Shown here piece after piece: positions 35,014 to 45,354 of a stretch of 64,000 nt of DNA; positions within the stretch are counted from its first letter, which is position 1, and each line of letters opens with the position of its first letter. The stretch lies in IMG/VR virus record IMGVR_UViG_3300005563_000004, positions 3,332 to 67,331 of that record. One strand, 5' to 3'. The translations under genes and the position numbers were made by a program. The notes below the pieces were generated by a model. That model had not been told where the DNA came from. It searched no databases and was given only the letters and a program-made list of their open reading frames with translations. This DNA comes from a virus.

Positions 35014-37802
35014 CGCGGTTTCTTGCTCTCCTGCTCCTCTTGTTCGCCGGCCCGGCATCGGCCGCGCAGCTGACCATTGTCGATGGCAATGGCGTGTCGC
35101 AGAAGCTGAACGTCCAGGCTGATGGCAGCGGGGCATTCTCTAATCGCAACATCATCTGTGACGCGACGAACCCGGATATCTGCGCCACCGTCAGCGCGAC
35201 CCTTGGACTCTCTGTGCTGGCCACAGGCAACGGCTCGGCCGGATCACCGGATACCGGCGTTCTGACGGTCCAGGGCATTTCCTCCATGACGCCGCTGGTG
35301 GTCAACAATCCGACCGCGGCGAACCTGTTGACCACGACGACTGGCGCGGGCGTTGCGGGCACTCCGGATGCGGGTGTGGTGACGATCCAGGGCGTCACCG
35401 GCATGACTCCAGTTCAGACGACGGTGGTTGGTGGATCGAGCGTCACTGCCACGCAGACCACGGCATCGAACCTGAAGACCCAGACAACAGGTGCCGGATC
35501 GCCAGGCACCGCGGATAGCGGTGTTCTGACAGTGCAGGGCATCAGCAGCATGACGCCGCTTCAGGTGTCGCAATCTGTGGCGGCTAATCTGAACGCAACG
35601 GTCACTGGCACGATCACAGCTATTCAGCCGACCGGCAGCAACCTGCACATGACGTGTGACAGCGGCTGTTCGCCTTCAACCAATCCTTCGGACGAAAGTG
35701 TCTTCACTTTTGGCTCGACGCCAACAGGCACATTCGGCGGTGTCTTTCAGACGACGGCGACAAGCAACGCTCTGACATCCGGCCAGACTGGTGCGGTCCA
35801 GCTGACGGCGCAGCGCGCCTTGTTCGTGAACCTGCGCAACTCCTCCGGCACCGAGATGGCGACCGCGGGCGCGCCGCTTCAGGTATCGCTGGCCAACACC
35901 GGGGCCAATGGCACAGCGGTTACCGTTGGGCAGAGTACTGCCGCGAACCTTAAGGCGACCGTGACCGGCGCGGGAACGGCCGGCACGGCGGATACCGGCG
36001 TCCAGACCATCCAGGGCATTGCCTCGATGACGCCGGTTCAGGTCAGCCAGGCGACCGCTGCGAACCTGAATGCGACGGTGGCACAGGCGACCGCTGCGAA
36101 TTTGAACGCCACTGTCATCGGCTCTGGCGCGGCGGGAACTGCTGCGACGGGTGTTGTGACGGTGCAGGGTATCGCCTCAATGACTCCAGTCCAGGTGTCG
36201 CAGAGCACCGGCACGAACTTGCATATCGTTTGTGACAGTGGCTGCTCATCGACTGGCGCGCCTGCTGACGAGTCTGCGTTTACAGCCGGCACAACGTCGC
36301 AATCTACGGTCGGCGGCTTCTTTCAGACGACGGCCACCAACAATGCGCTCACGACTGGCCAGATGGGCGCGTTTCAGGTGACCGCCAATCGTGCGCTGTT
36401 CACCAACCTACGCAACGCTTCCGGCACAGAAATCGGCACCTCGTCCAATCCGGTCCAAGTGTCCGTCGCCAACACTGGCGCGAACGGCACAGCGATCGCC
36501 GTGACTGCGGCGCAGGCGACGGCTGCCAATCTGAACGCGACGGTCGTGCAGGGCACGGCGGCAAACCTGCTGACCCAGGTCTCGCAGCCGACTGCCGCCA
36601 ATCTGAATGCGACGATCGTCGGTGCAGGAACCGCCGGAACGGCAAATTCCGGCGTGCTGACGATCCAAGGCATCTCGTCGATGACACCTGTTCAGGTTTC
36701 GCAGGCGACCGCCTCTAGCCTCAATGCCACCGTCGTCCAGGCCACCGGCTCCAACCTTCACGTGGTTTGCGACAGCGGCTGCACCTCAACCAGCATTCCC
36801 GCGGACGAGAGCGCTTTCACGGCCGGCACGACTGGCCAAAGCCCAGTGGGCGGCTTCTTCCAGACCACGGCAACGAACAATGCGCTGACCACGGGCCAGA
36901 TGGGCGCCTTCCAGGTCACTGCGAACCGCGCACTCTTTACGAACCTGCGGAACGCGGCCGGCACAGAAATCGGCACCTCGACCACGCCGGTTCAGGTCTC
37001 TCTGGCGAACACAGGCGCGAACGCGACAGCGGTGCTGGTGAACCAGCCGACTGCGGCGAACCTGAATGCGACCGTCGTCCAGGGCACAGCGACCAACTTG
37101 AAGGCGCTGGTCAACATCCAGGGCAATGGTGGGGCGGTGATGGACTTCGCCGGCCAGAACGCGGCAGCGCCCGCCAACTCGCTGCTGACCGGCTGTGTGT
37201 TCAACACCACGCCGACCTCGCTGACCAGCGGAAATGCAACGCAGCGTCAATGCGATTCTGCCGGGAATGCTTTGGTCAATCTGAAGACCTCGATCCCGCC
37301 AGGTGGCAACACGATCGGTGCAGTCACTCAGGCGTCCGGACCTTGGACTGTGCAGGGCACGACGACGATGACGCCGGTTTTAGCGGCATCGGCTCCATCT
37401 TCAGCGACCGCGGCAGCGATCACTCCGGTGTCCAGCTCGGCCTTGGAAAGCTCTCATGTTCTGAAGGCCAGCGCCGGCAACCTGTACAGCGTGTATGCGA
37501 TCAACAGCACCTCCACTTCCGGCTACCTGGTGATCATCAACGCCACATCGGCACCCGCAGATGGAGCGATCACGCCGCTTGCCTGTGCGCCACTGCCGGC
37601 AAATGGCGGCGGTGCTTTCTCATCAGGCTTCAGCAGTGGATTTTCATCAGCCGTTTCCGCGTCCCCCGGTCTCGCCGGCATCCAGTTTCACGTTCCAGAA
37701 TCTTATTCCACGGGGATCACGGCGGTTCTGACGAGTGCGACCAGCTGCTTTACGAAAACAACTGGCGTTATCACCGGCTACATCAGCGGGCAGGTCCAGT
37801 GA
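35010..37802 (+). CDS. signal-peptide-bearing repeat fibre-like protein
   Basis: MTRFLALLLLLFAGPASA; many Q.TAANLNATV and GV.T.QGI.SMTPVQV repeats; CDSGC three times. Confidence 0.8.
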   Translation: MTRFLALLLLLFAGPASAAQLTIVDGNGVSQKLNVQADGSGAFSNRNIICDATNPDICATVSATLGLSVLATGNGSAGSPDTGVLTVQGISSMTPLVVNNPTAANLLTTTTGAGVAGTPDAGVVTIQGVTGMTPVQTTVVGGSSVTATQTTASNLKTQTTGAGSPGTADSGVLTVQGISSMTPLQVSQSVAANLNATVTGTITAIQPTGSNLHMTCDSGCSPSTNPSDESVFTFGSTPTGTFGGVFQTTATSNALTSGQTGAVQLTAQRALFVNLRNSSGTEMATAGAPLQVSLANTGANGTAVTVGQSTAANLKATVTGAGTAGTADTGVQTIQGIASMTPVQVSQATAANLNATVAQATAANLNATVIGSGAAGTAATGVVTVQGIASMTPVQVSQSTGTNLHIVCDSGCSSTGAPADESAFTAGTTSQSTVGGFFQTTATNNALTTGQMGAFQVTANRALFTNLRNASGTEIGTSSNPVQVSVANTGANGTAIAVTAAQATAANLNATVVQGTAANLLTQVSQPTAANLNATIVGAGTAGTANSGVLTIQGISSMTPVQVSQATASSLNATVVQATGSNLHVVCDSGCTSTSIPADESAFTAGTTGQSPVGGFFQTTATNNALTTGQMGAFQVTANRALFTNLRNAAGTEIGTSTTPVQVSLANTGANATAVLVNQPTAANLNATVVQGTATNLKALVNIQGNGGAVMDFAGQNAAAPANSLLTGCVFNTTPTSLTSGNATQRQCDSAGNALVNLKTSIPPGGNTIGAVTQASGPWTVQGTTTMTPVLAASAPSSATAAAITPVSSSALESSHVLKASAGNLYSVYAINSTSTSGYLVIINATSAPADGAITPLACAPLPANGGGAFSSGFSSGFSSAVSASPGLAGIQFHVPESYSTGITAVLTSATSCFTKTTGVITGYISGQVQ

Positions 37803-37822
37803 GGCAAGGAGAGTAACTCACA

Positions 37823-38236
37823 ATGTCTGGTACAGTTTCATCGCCGTCGTCCTTGATGACGAACGAGATCGTGGACAACACGACTGGCTTGATCACGCCG
37901 GCCCGCATCCGGGACGTGGTGGAGAGTTTGGCGGCAATCCCAGAATCGACGCAAACGGCGTCATATACTGCCGTGTTCGCGGATCGCGGAACTTGCGTCA
38001 TAATGAACTCAGCGTCGGCGGTGAATTTTACCGTGCCGCCTAACTCATCCGTAGCATTTCCTATCGCTGCCAGGATCTATGTCTTTCAGTATGGTGCAGG
38101 CCAGGTGACGGTTGTTGCTGGCGCAGGCGTCACTTTGCGCAATTCATCGAGCCTCACGACAAGAATACAGTACTCGCTCATTGGTCTTCTAAAGATCAAC
38201 ACAGACGAGTGGCTGGTGTTTGGAGATGTGACGTGA
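37823..38236 (+). CDS. tail fibre-associated protein
   Basis: DNTTGLITPARIR; TVP..SSVAFPI...Q.GAGQVT..AGAGVT...W...GD. Confidence 0.75.
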   Translation: MSGTVSSPSSLMTNEIVDNTTGLITPARIRDVVESLAAIPESTQTASYTAVFADRGTCVIMNSASAVNFTVPPNSSVAFPIAARIYVFQYGAGQVTVVAGAGVTLRNSSSLTTRIQYSLIGLLKINTDEWLVFGDVT

Positions 38237-39729
38237 CCACATACTACGTCAATAGCGCTACGGGTAGCGATGGAAACAATGGCACAAGCCCCGGCACAGC
38301 GAAGGCGACGATCAACGCAGCGGCGGCCCTGACCAATGCTGGTGACACGGTCATCATTGCTCCTGGCAACGGGTACGGGGGGGGGACAGGAGGGAGTCCG
38401 ATCGTCACCATCAGCCGCAGCGGCACGTCGGGCAACCCCATTACCTATACAGGTGACACCACCCAAGCGCGGCCAGTAATTACAACCGGGCGCGGATTTC
38501 AGGTAGTTCTCATCAACGCGAACTTTATCAACTGGAACTACACAGAAATATCGGGCCTTGGGAACGGATGCACCATTGCCGGTTCATACGATTTAATTTG
38601 GACCGGAGGAAGTAGCTCTCAATATGAGAACGTCGGCATAGGCGCTAATGGCGTGGCTGCGACGCCGGCCCACAATATCAACATCACCAACAACTATGTT
38701 CATGATATGCCATCCGATGGCATCTCATCATTGTGGGCTGACTATGTAACCATTGACAGCAACATTGCCGTCAACAACGCCTTTTATAGCTATGTGGCCG
38801 GCAGCGGCATATCTCTCGGATTTTCTAAACCGATTGACGGCTTGACGACGGCGAAATGCTTCATCACAAAGAATATTTGTTACAACAATAATAATCTTGT
38901 CGTTTTCGACACGGGAGCGACCACGACTACGGCGAACGGCACGTCTAATTCCGGGCAGGCGGTATTAAACGTCGCCAGCACTGCAGGATTCTCTGCTGGC
39001 ACCTTTGTTTATAATTCGACGCGCGCCTCGATAACAAATGGGACTTATGTGCTCTCAGTCGGCGCCGGCTCGCTTACGCTGTCGGCAAACCTTGTTGACC
39101 AGTCCTTGAATGGTGATCATATAGTGGGCGGGGACTTCAGCGATGGTGAGGGAATAATTATCGATACAAATACCGACACCGGGGGCGTTGGGGCATATAC
39201 CGGCAGAACTGTCGTCCAAAACAATCTGTGCTTTAACAATGGCAGCGGTGGAGTGTACATAACCAGATCCTCCCATTGCGACGTAAACTTCAACACGTGC
39301 TGGCAGAACCAGCAGGGGTTCTCGCGCAATGACAACACCCACAGCATATTCATCGGATCGATAGGACTATTTGTCAGTGCGTCATCAGCGGACAACAACC
39401 TATACAATAATCTAGTTGTTTCTCCGAGCTGGGGGCCGTGTATCAAAAATGCCGGCACAACCACCACTTTCAGCACCAATCTTGGTAACGGCGGCGATGG
39501 CACGGCTCTGCCGGGCAGTGGAAACATCACCACAGCCCCTACGTTCTTCAACGCATCGACTAATCCTGCCGTGATGGATTTCCGCCTAAAGAATAGCTCT
39601 GCAGGCGTGAATGCTGCGAGCGCGACCTACACGCGAACGGTGGATATTTCCGGCCGCAAGGGGTCTATCGGATCAGCTAGTGACATTGGCTGTTACGAAG
39701 GTCGGCTGATTTCACTGCCGGCGATGTAG
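38233..39729 (+). CDS. right-handed beta-helix (pectate lyase-like) depolymerase/tailspike
   Basis: TYYV....GSD.N.GTS.....TI..A......GDTV.I..G; Asn-ladder repeats; DF.L...S...; DIGCYE. Confidence 0.8.
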   Translation: MTTYYVNSATGSDGNNGTSPGTAKATINAAAALTNAGDTVIIAPGNGYGGGTGGSPIVTISRSGTSGNPITYTGDTTQARPVITTGRGFQVVLINANFINWNYTEISGLGNGCTIAGSYDLIWTGGSSSQYENVGIGANGVAATPAHNINITNNYVHDMPSDGISSLWADYVTIDSNIAVNNAFYSYVAGSGISLGFSKPIDGLTTAKCFITKNICYNNNNLVVFDTGATTTTANGTSNSGQAVLNVASTAGFSAGTFVYNSTRASITNGTYVLSVGAGSLTLSANLVDQSLNGDHIVGGDFSDGEGIIIDTNTDTGGVGAYTGRTVVQNNLCFNNGSGGVYITRSSHCDVNFNTCWQNQQGFSRNDNTHSIFIGSIGLFVSASSADNNLYNNLVVSPSWGPCIKNAGTTTTFSTNLGNGGDGTALPGSGNITTAPTFFNASTNPAVMDFRLKNSSAGVNAASATYTRTVDISGRKGSIGSASDIGCYEGRLISLPAM

Positions 39730-40491
39730 ATGGCCGCACAGACCTGGACATCGCTGCAACAGTCTTGCGCAATCGCCATGGGGCGATTGCCGTCTCCTGT
39801 GCCTGCGACGCCGGTCTACGACTCGCTGTTCCTCGCGCAGTTCCCGCTGGCGACCAGCTACGCTGAGGCGCGCATCTACCACGAGATGCCGTTCATCGCG
39901 TCCTACGCCGAAGACACGTCAGCTTCGACCACCGCCGGCAGCCGACTGATCAACCTCTCGGCGACGACGTTGCCGCTGGTGACGCTCGAGCAGATCCGGC
40001 TGGTCGTACCAACATCATCGGTCCTGCCGGCCGGGACGATGGTGCCATTCGATCGCGTGACGCTCGACTTCATCGACCGCTACTGGCCGGTGGAAGGTGC
40101 GACGCTCACGCCGTCCCTGACCTCGCAATATGGCCGGTACTGGGCGCTGGTCAGCGATCGCACTGTAGCCATCGCCCCGACGCCGGATGCTGTCTACCAG
40201 GTCAAGGCCGGCGGGCTGTACCAGCCGGCGCCGATCAGCGCGAGCAATCCAAGCACGTATCTCTCGCAGCAGTATCCCGATCTGCTGCAGGCCGGCATCT
40301 GCATGTTCCTGGCCGGCGCACTGAATCGGAACTATGGCGCCCAGTCTGACGAAAGCGGCCAGGCGATGAGTTGGGAAGCGGTGTTCCAAAAGGAACTGGC
40401 ACCGGCCCGTGCCGAAGAAATGCGGCGCCGTGGGCTGGCGCCTGACATGCCCATGCCAGCGCCTCCACCTTCAATAGCGGCACGACGATAG
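39730..40491 (+). CDS. tail adaptor / tubular protein A-like
   Basis: AE.RIY; YWA......IAPTPD..Y; TYLS..YPDLL. Confidence 0.7.
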   Translation: MAAQTWTSLQQSCAIAMGRLPSPVPATPVYDSLFLAQFPLATSYAEARIYHEMPFIASYAEDTSASTTAGSRLINLSATTLPLVTLEQIRLVVPTSSVLPAGTMVPFDRVTLDFIDRYWPVEGATLTPSLTSQYGRYWALVSDRTVAIAPTPDAVYQVKAGGLYQPAPISASNPSTYLSQQYPDLLQAGICMFLAGALNRNYGAQSDESGQAMSWEAVFQKELAPARAEEMRRRGLAPDMPMPAPPPSIAARR

Positions 40492-41763
40492 ATGGCCACA
40501 ACCTTTACCGCCTCCAACCGCCTCAATGATCTGCTGCAGGGCGATCCTGGCACACGGGACAACTGGGGCACGCCGAACAGCGAGAACATGGTTCTCGTTG
40601 ACTCTGCGCTGGACGGACTGGCCCAGGTCAACATCGCCGGGCTGACCAACTTCACGCTCTCGGCCAACTCCGGCCAGCCGGATCAGGCGCGCGAGCGCAT
40701 GCAGAGCTACACCGGAGCACTGACCGGCGCGTGCACCGTGACGGTGCCGAACGTGCAGAAGTGGGGATACGCGCGGAACGTCACGACGGGCGGTCAGAAC
40801 GTGGTGCTCTCGGCCGGTGCCGGCACGACGATGACACTGCCGCCGGACAGCTTCTGGTATCTCTACTGGACCGATGGCGCCACCAATGTCAGCGGCCTCG
40901 CACTCGGCCTCGGCAGTTTGTCGGTCGGCAACCTCACGGCAGCCAATGTCTCAGCATCCGGCAACCTGACAGCGGCAGGCAACCTGGCCGTCACGGGCAC
41001 CACGACACTGACCGGAGCGCTGACCGCTCCTACCATCTCGGGGCCGGTCGCCTTCGACAGCACGATCAGCCTGCCGAACAACGTCAACATTACGATGGCG
41101 GACTCGCTCAACGCTCAGCGAAACGTTCTAAATCTGAGCGCGGCGAACATTGTTACGCTGACCAATGCGGGAAATGCCGGCTGGCAATTGGTCAACAACA
41201 CGAATACTCGGACGCTGGTCGGCATCGATAGCAACGGGAGCATTACCGTCAATGGCAACGCTTCTGGGCAAGATTGCACCGTGGCGCTGGAAGCGAATAC
41301 CAGCGGCAAGGCTGGTGTCACCGTAAACTCTTTGCCGGTTCCGGCACATAATTACACGTCCTTTATCAGCAACATCGTGAACACCAGTTGCTTTCACGCC
41401 ATTTGGCAGTTCCAGGGCGCGGTCGCAGGAAGCATAACGGCCGGTGCCGGCCCCTCGACAAGCTACAATACGACCTCAGACGCAACGCTGAAGCTCGATG
41501 ATGGCGCCATTGACGATCCCGGTCGCATGATCGATCGGCTCAAGCCGCGCTGGTTTCGCTGGAAGGACGCACCGGATGCTGACTCGCAGCCCGGCTTCTT
41601 CGCGCAGCAGGTTCATCGCGTCTTTCCGTGGGCTGTGACGAAGGGCAGCCGCGGCAAGCCGTGGCAAATGGATAACTCAAAACTGGTGCCGCTGCTGGTG
41701 GCTGAGCTGCAGTCACTACGCCGACGCTTACGGGAGCTGGAGCGGTGCCGTTCCGATCGCTGA
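40492..41763 (+). CDS. tail fibre with C-terminal intramolecular chaperone (peptidase S74)
   Basis: YNTTSDATLK...L.P..F.WK...GF.AQ....FP.AV...KLVPLLV..LQ.L. Confidence 0.85.
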   Translation: MATTFTASNRLNDLLQGDPGTRDNWGTPNSENMVLVDSALDGLAQVNIAGLTNFTLSANSGQPDQARERMQSYTGALTGACTVTVPNVQKWGYARNVTTGGQNVVLSAGAGTTMTLPPDSFWYLYWTDGATNVSGLALGLGSLSVGNLTAANVSASGNLTAAGNLAVTGTTTLTGALTAPTISGPVAFDSTISLPNNVNITMADSLNAQRNVLNLSAANIVTLTNAGNAGWQLVNNTNTRTLVGIDSNGSITVNGNASGQDCTVALEANTSGKAGVTVNSLPVPAHNYTSFISNIVNTSCFHAIWQFQGAVAGSITAGAGPSTSYNTTSDATLKLDDGAIDDPGRMIDRLKPRWFRWKDAPDADSQPGFFAQQVHRVFPWAVTKGSRGKPWQMDNSKLVPLLVAELQSLRRRLRELERCRSDR

Positions 41764-43799
41764 TCCTGAAGCCTGGCATTGACACCCAGCACACACCTAC
41801 GCTGGATCAGGCTCAGCTGACGCTGTCGAACCTGATCAGGTTCAGGAATGGCTTGCCGGAGAAGCGCGGCGGCTGGCAGCAGATGACCAGCACACCGCTC
41901 ATCGGCACGTGCTCCGGCCTGCACGCTTTCAGCGACCTCGAAAGCAATATCTACCTGGCGGCTGGCACCGAGCAGCGGCTGGAGATCCTGACGGGTGGCG
42001 TCCTGTCAGACATCACGCCACTCTCGGCAACGACCAATCCAGTCGTTGCGTTTTCAACTACCGCCGGCTCGTCGGTGGTCACTGTTCTTGATCCTGGCGC
42101 CGCACCGTCGATTGGCGACTGGGTTTATATCGGGGTGCCGGTTGCGGTCGGCGGGCTGATCGTTTTCGGTTACCAGCTGGTCAGCGGCGAGCCGGGGGCC
42201 AATCAGTTCTCGTTCGATGTGGGCACGCCGGCAACCGCCAGCGTGGCGAATGGCGGTGCTGTTCCGACCTATACCAGCCAGAACGGCCAACCGACCGTCA
42301 CCGTGGCGCTGGCGAACCATGGGCTGAACGTCGGCGGCGTCTATAACGCCACCGTCTCAACCACCTTCGCCGGCCTGACAGTAAGCGGCCCCTACAGTGT
42401 GCTGACGGCGCCGGACGCCAACAGCTTCACGATCGCGGCGGCCACGACGGCGAATGCGACCACGACGGTCGCGGTGAACGGCGGCAATGCGCGGATTGAA
42501 TATCTGATACCGACGAGTGTTGCGCAGGATACCGTGCTCGTCGGCTATGGTACCGGGCTGTACGGGTCCGGTCTCTACGGCGTGTCATCCGGCGGCGGAA
42601 TCGCTGTCACTCCTGCTCGTCAGTGGTCGCTGGATAACTTTGGCCAGGTGCTGATCGCCAGCCCGACGAATGGCGGCATTTACCAGTGGACGCCACCTGA
42701 CATCGCGCCGGCAGTGGTCGTGTCCGGCAGCGCGCCGCTTTACAACACCGCTGTCTTTGTCTTGTCCGAGGCGCGCATCGTGGTGGCGCTGGGGGCCGAA
42801 GTGCTCGGAACGCAGCAGCCGTTGCTGGTGCGCTGGTCGAACGCGGGCGATTTCACCGACTGGACGCCGACCGTAAGCAATCAGGCCGGCTCCTACACCA
42901 TCCCGCAGGGGAACAAGCTGGTCGGCGGCCTGGCTGCTGGTCTCGCCGCAATACTGTGGACGGACGAAGGCGTTTTCCTGATGACCTATCAGGGACTGCC
43001 ATTCGTCTTCGGCTTCCAGCCGATCGCGCAGTACGGCTGCGGTCTGATCGGAACGCGCGCTTTCTCGGTCATCGGCCAGATGGTGTTCTGGGTATCGCCG
43101 CATGGCTTCTTTGAGATGAGCATGGGCGGCGGCGCTCCAACGCCGGTCGACTGCGAAGTCTGGGACATTCTCTATCAGAACTGGGACCTCTCTCAGCCCG
43201 GCCTGTTCGTCATGGGCGGCAGCCCGACCAATAACGAGTTCGAGCTGCATTTCCCGCTATCGCAATCCTCCTCGTTCTACGTCGCGGGATCGGTGACGAA
43301 GGGGAGCGTCAAGTTCAACTACGTGGATCGGGCGTGGGACTTCAGCATAACCCCGCAGCTGCAGCGGACGGCTTGGCTGCTCGAGAACGTGCAAAGCGGG
43401 CCGTCGCCGAACACGCCGGTCGGCGCCGATCCTTCCGGCCTGCTGCAGCAGCACGAGATTGGCTACGACGCGAACGGTGTGCCGATATCGTGGTCCTACC
43501 GCACCGCCGATTTCTTCATCGGCGACGGCGAGGATATCCAGTTCGTTGACTGGCTGCTGCCGGATTTCATCACGCTGAACAACCCGACGATCCAGATTTC
43601 TCTGCTGTTCCGCAATCTGCCCAGCGATAGCTACACGACGGTCGGCCCGTTCAGCTGGAGCCAGGCCAACGCCTTCATTCCGTTGTTCGCCGGCCGCGGG
43701 CGGCAGATGGCGATACAGGTCGAGGGCAACGATCTCGGGACATTCAACCGGATCGGCCGCATCCGCTATCGCATCGCGGCTGACGGGCGGGGCTTCTGA
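41745..43799 (+). CDS. tail nozzle/stabilisation protein (beta-propeller)
   Basis: LKPGID...RFRNG.PEK.GGW; WSLDNFG..L.A; P.LVRWS...W.P...NQAG; ILWTD; CGLI. Confidence 0.75.
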   Translation: MPFRSLILKPGIDTQHTPTLDQAQLTLSNLIRFRNGLPEKRGGWQQMTSTPLIGTCSGLHAFSDLESNIYLAAGTEQRLEILTGGVLSDITPLSATTNPVVAFSTTAGSSVVTVLDPGAAPSIGDWVYIGVPVAVGGLIVFGYQLVSGEPGANQFSFDVGTPATASVANGGAVPTYTSQNGQPTVTVALANHGLNVGGVYNATVSTTFAGLTVSGPYSVLTAPDANSFTIAAATTANATTTVAVNGGNARIEYLIPTSVAQDTVLVGYGTGLYGSGLYGVSSGGGIAVTPARQWSLDNFGQVLIASPTNGGIYQWTPPDIAPAVVVSGSAPLYNTAVFVLSEARIVVALGAEVLGTQQPLLVRWSNAGDFTDWTPTVSNQAGSYTIPQGNKLVGGLAAGLAAILWTDEGVFLMTYQGLPFVFGFQPIAQYGCGLIGTRAFSVIGQMVFWVSPHGFFEMSMGGGAPTPVDCEVWDILYQNWDLSQPGLFVMGGSPTNNEFELHFPLSQSSSFYVAGSVTKGSVKFNYVDRAWDFSITPQLQRTAWLLENVQSGPSPNTPVGADPSGLLQQHEIGYDANGVPISWSYRTADFFIGDGEDIQFVDWLLPDFITLNNPTIQISLLFRNLPSDSYTTVGPFSWSQANAFIPLFAGRGRQMAIQVEGNDLGTFNRIGRIRYRIAADGRGF

Positions 43800-44284
43800 T
43801 GTCCGGCAGCAACATCAACCTCGGCCAGATTGTCGCGCAGCAGACGGAAGGCAACCGGCTCCTCGCCGCGCTGGAGCAGGCCCTGCGTGGCGCAACGGTC
43901 GCCGGCAATATTGCCTATTCCCAGCTGCCGGCCGAAGTGCAGCAGCTGCCGATCGCTTTCCCGTTCCAGGGCAAGCCGGGCAGTGGCGAACTGATGCACC
44001 TGGTCTTGCCGTTCGCGATTTCCCTCCCGGCCGGACTGACCGGCGCGGTGGTCTACGACGCGACGCAGGCGACCGCGAACGCCGTCTTCACCTTCAACCG
44101 CATATCGAGCGGCGTGCTGACGCAGCTCGGCACCGTCACGATCACGCCAGCGTCACACAGCAGCTGTGTGCTAGCTGGTGCTGGCGGAACGCTGATTGCG
44201 GGAGACGTGTTGCAACGTGTTGCGCCGACGCAGGACGCAACGCTCGCCGATGGCTGCATAACCCTATTGGCTATGAGGAACTGA
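43799..44284 (+). CDS. tail-associated protein
   Basis: TGATG coupling; C-terminal AGD.L...AP..DATLAD. Confidence 0.65.
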   Translation: MSGSNINLGQIVAQQTEGNRLLAALEQALRGATVAGNIAYSQLPAEVQQLPIAFPFQGKPGSGELMHLVLPFAISLPAGLTGAVVYDATQATANAVFTFNRISSGVLTQLGTVTITPASHSSCVLAGAGGTLIAGDVLQRVAPTQDATLADGCITLLAMRN

Positions 44285-44287
44285 CGA

Positions 44288-44743
44288 ATGGCCGCCGGAG
44301 CATGGACTGTCTACTCGAATGCGGTCCTTGGGATATCCAAGGGCAGCTTCAACCTGTCGACCGACAACTATAATATCATCCTCGTTACAAACTCCTACAC
44401 GCCAGCGCCGAACACGGACACGACCTACTCGAACGTCAGCGCCAATGAGCTGACGACGGCCGGTGGCTACACGGTGGGCGGCATAACGCTGGCCAGCGAG
44501 ACCGATACGCTAACGACGGCCACGGTGACGTTCACCTCCGCCAATCCGGCGTGGAGTTCGTTCACCGCTGGTCCGTTCAGGTATGGCGTCATCGTGCGGC
44601 GCGCTGGTGGCGGTCTCGTCTCTGGCGATTTGCTGCTGTGTTACTCGGACCTTGGCGGCGGCTCATCAATCACCGGAGCGGGCGGCACGCTGACTGTCAC
44701 CATGAACGCCTCCGGCATCTTCACCATCACACACTCTCCGTAG
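44288..44743 (+). CDS. structural protein (fibre anchor-like)
   Basis: L.....YTP......NE....GYT.GG..L...L..Y.D.G...GIF. Confidence 0.7.
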   Translation: MAAGAWTVYSNAVLGISKGSFNLSTDNYNIILVTNSYTPAPNTDTTYSNVSANELTTAGGYTVGGITLASETDTLTTATVTFTSANPAWSSFTAGPFRYGVIVRRAGGGLVSGDLLLCYSDLGGGSSITGAGGTLTVTMNASGIFTITHSP

Positions 44744-44753
44744 GAGCGAGAAC

Positions 44754-45326
44754 ATGGCTTCCGGTTATCTTGCACCGCTTGCAATCGCCACTGCAGACGG
44801 CCCTACGCTGACTGCCGCCTCCGCGGCAACCTGCCTTCCCGTCACGGCGAAGCTGACGTTTCCGCCAAACTCGATCCAGGTGGGATCGGTGTTCCGCATT
44901 ACTGCGCATGGGCGCATCTCGTGTGTGGTGACCACGCCTGGAACGGCTCGCTTCGACATCCGGCTCGGCAGCACTGTGGTCTTCGACTCCGGCCCAATGA
45001 ACCTGAACACGACGGCGCAAACGACTGTGCCCTGGCGCCTCGTGATCAACTTGACTTGTCGCGCAAGTGGCTCATCAGGGAACTTCATTGGCTTCTCGGA
45101 CTTTACGACGGTCGCTGTCGTTGGTTCTCCATCAGTCACCACGGGGGGCAATGGCGAGTTCATTTCGTCGGTGTCTGGCGGTCCTGGCAGCGCGCCGGCA
45201 GTGGGTGGCAACGTGGACCTGACTGCGAGCAACACGTTCGATATGTTCTTCACGCAGACGGTCGCGACCGGCAGCATGACGGTTCATGCTTTCCTGCTGG
45301 AGTCAGCCGGCCTCGCTCTGATGTAA
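44754..45326 (+). CDS. structural beta protein
   Basis: AGGAG SD; PPN...VGS.FRI.A.G. Confidence 0.65.
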   Translation: MASGYLAPLAIATADGPTLTAASAATCLPVTAKLTFPPNSIQVGSVFRITAHGRISCVVTTPGTARFDIRLGSTVVFDSGPMNLNTTAQTTVPWRLVINLTCRASGSSGNFIGFSDFTTVAVVGSPSVTTGGNGEFISSVSGGPGSAPAVGGNVDLTASNTFDMFFTQTVATGSMTVHAFLLESAGLALM

Positions 45327-45354
45327 GCGGCGTCCGGCCAGAGGGCCGCGCTCT

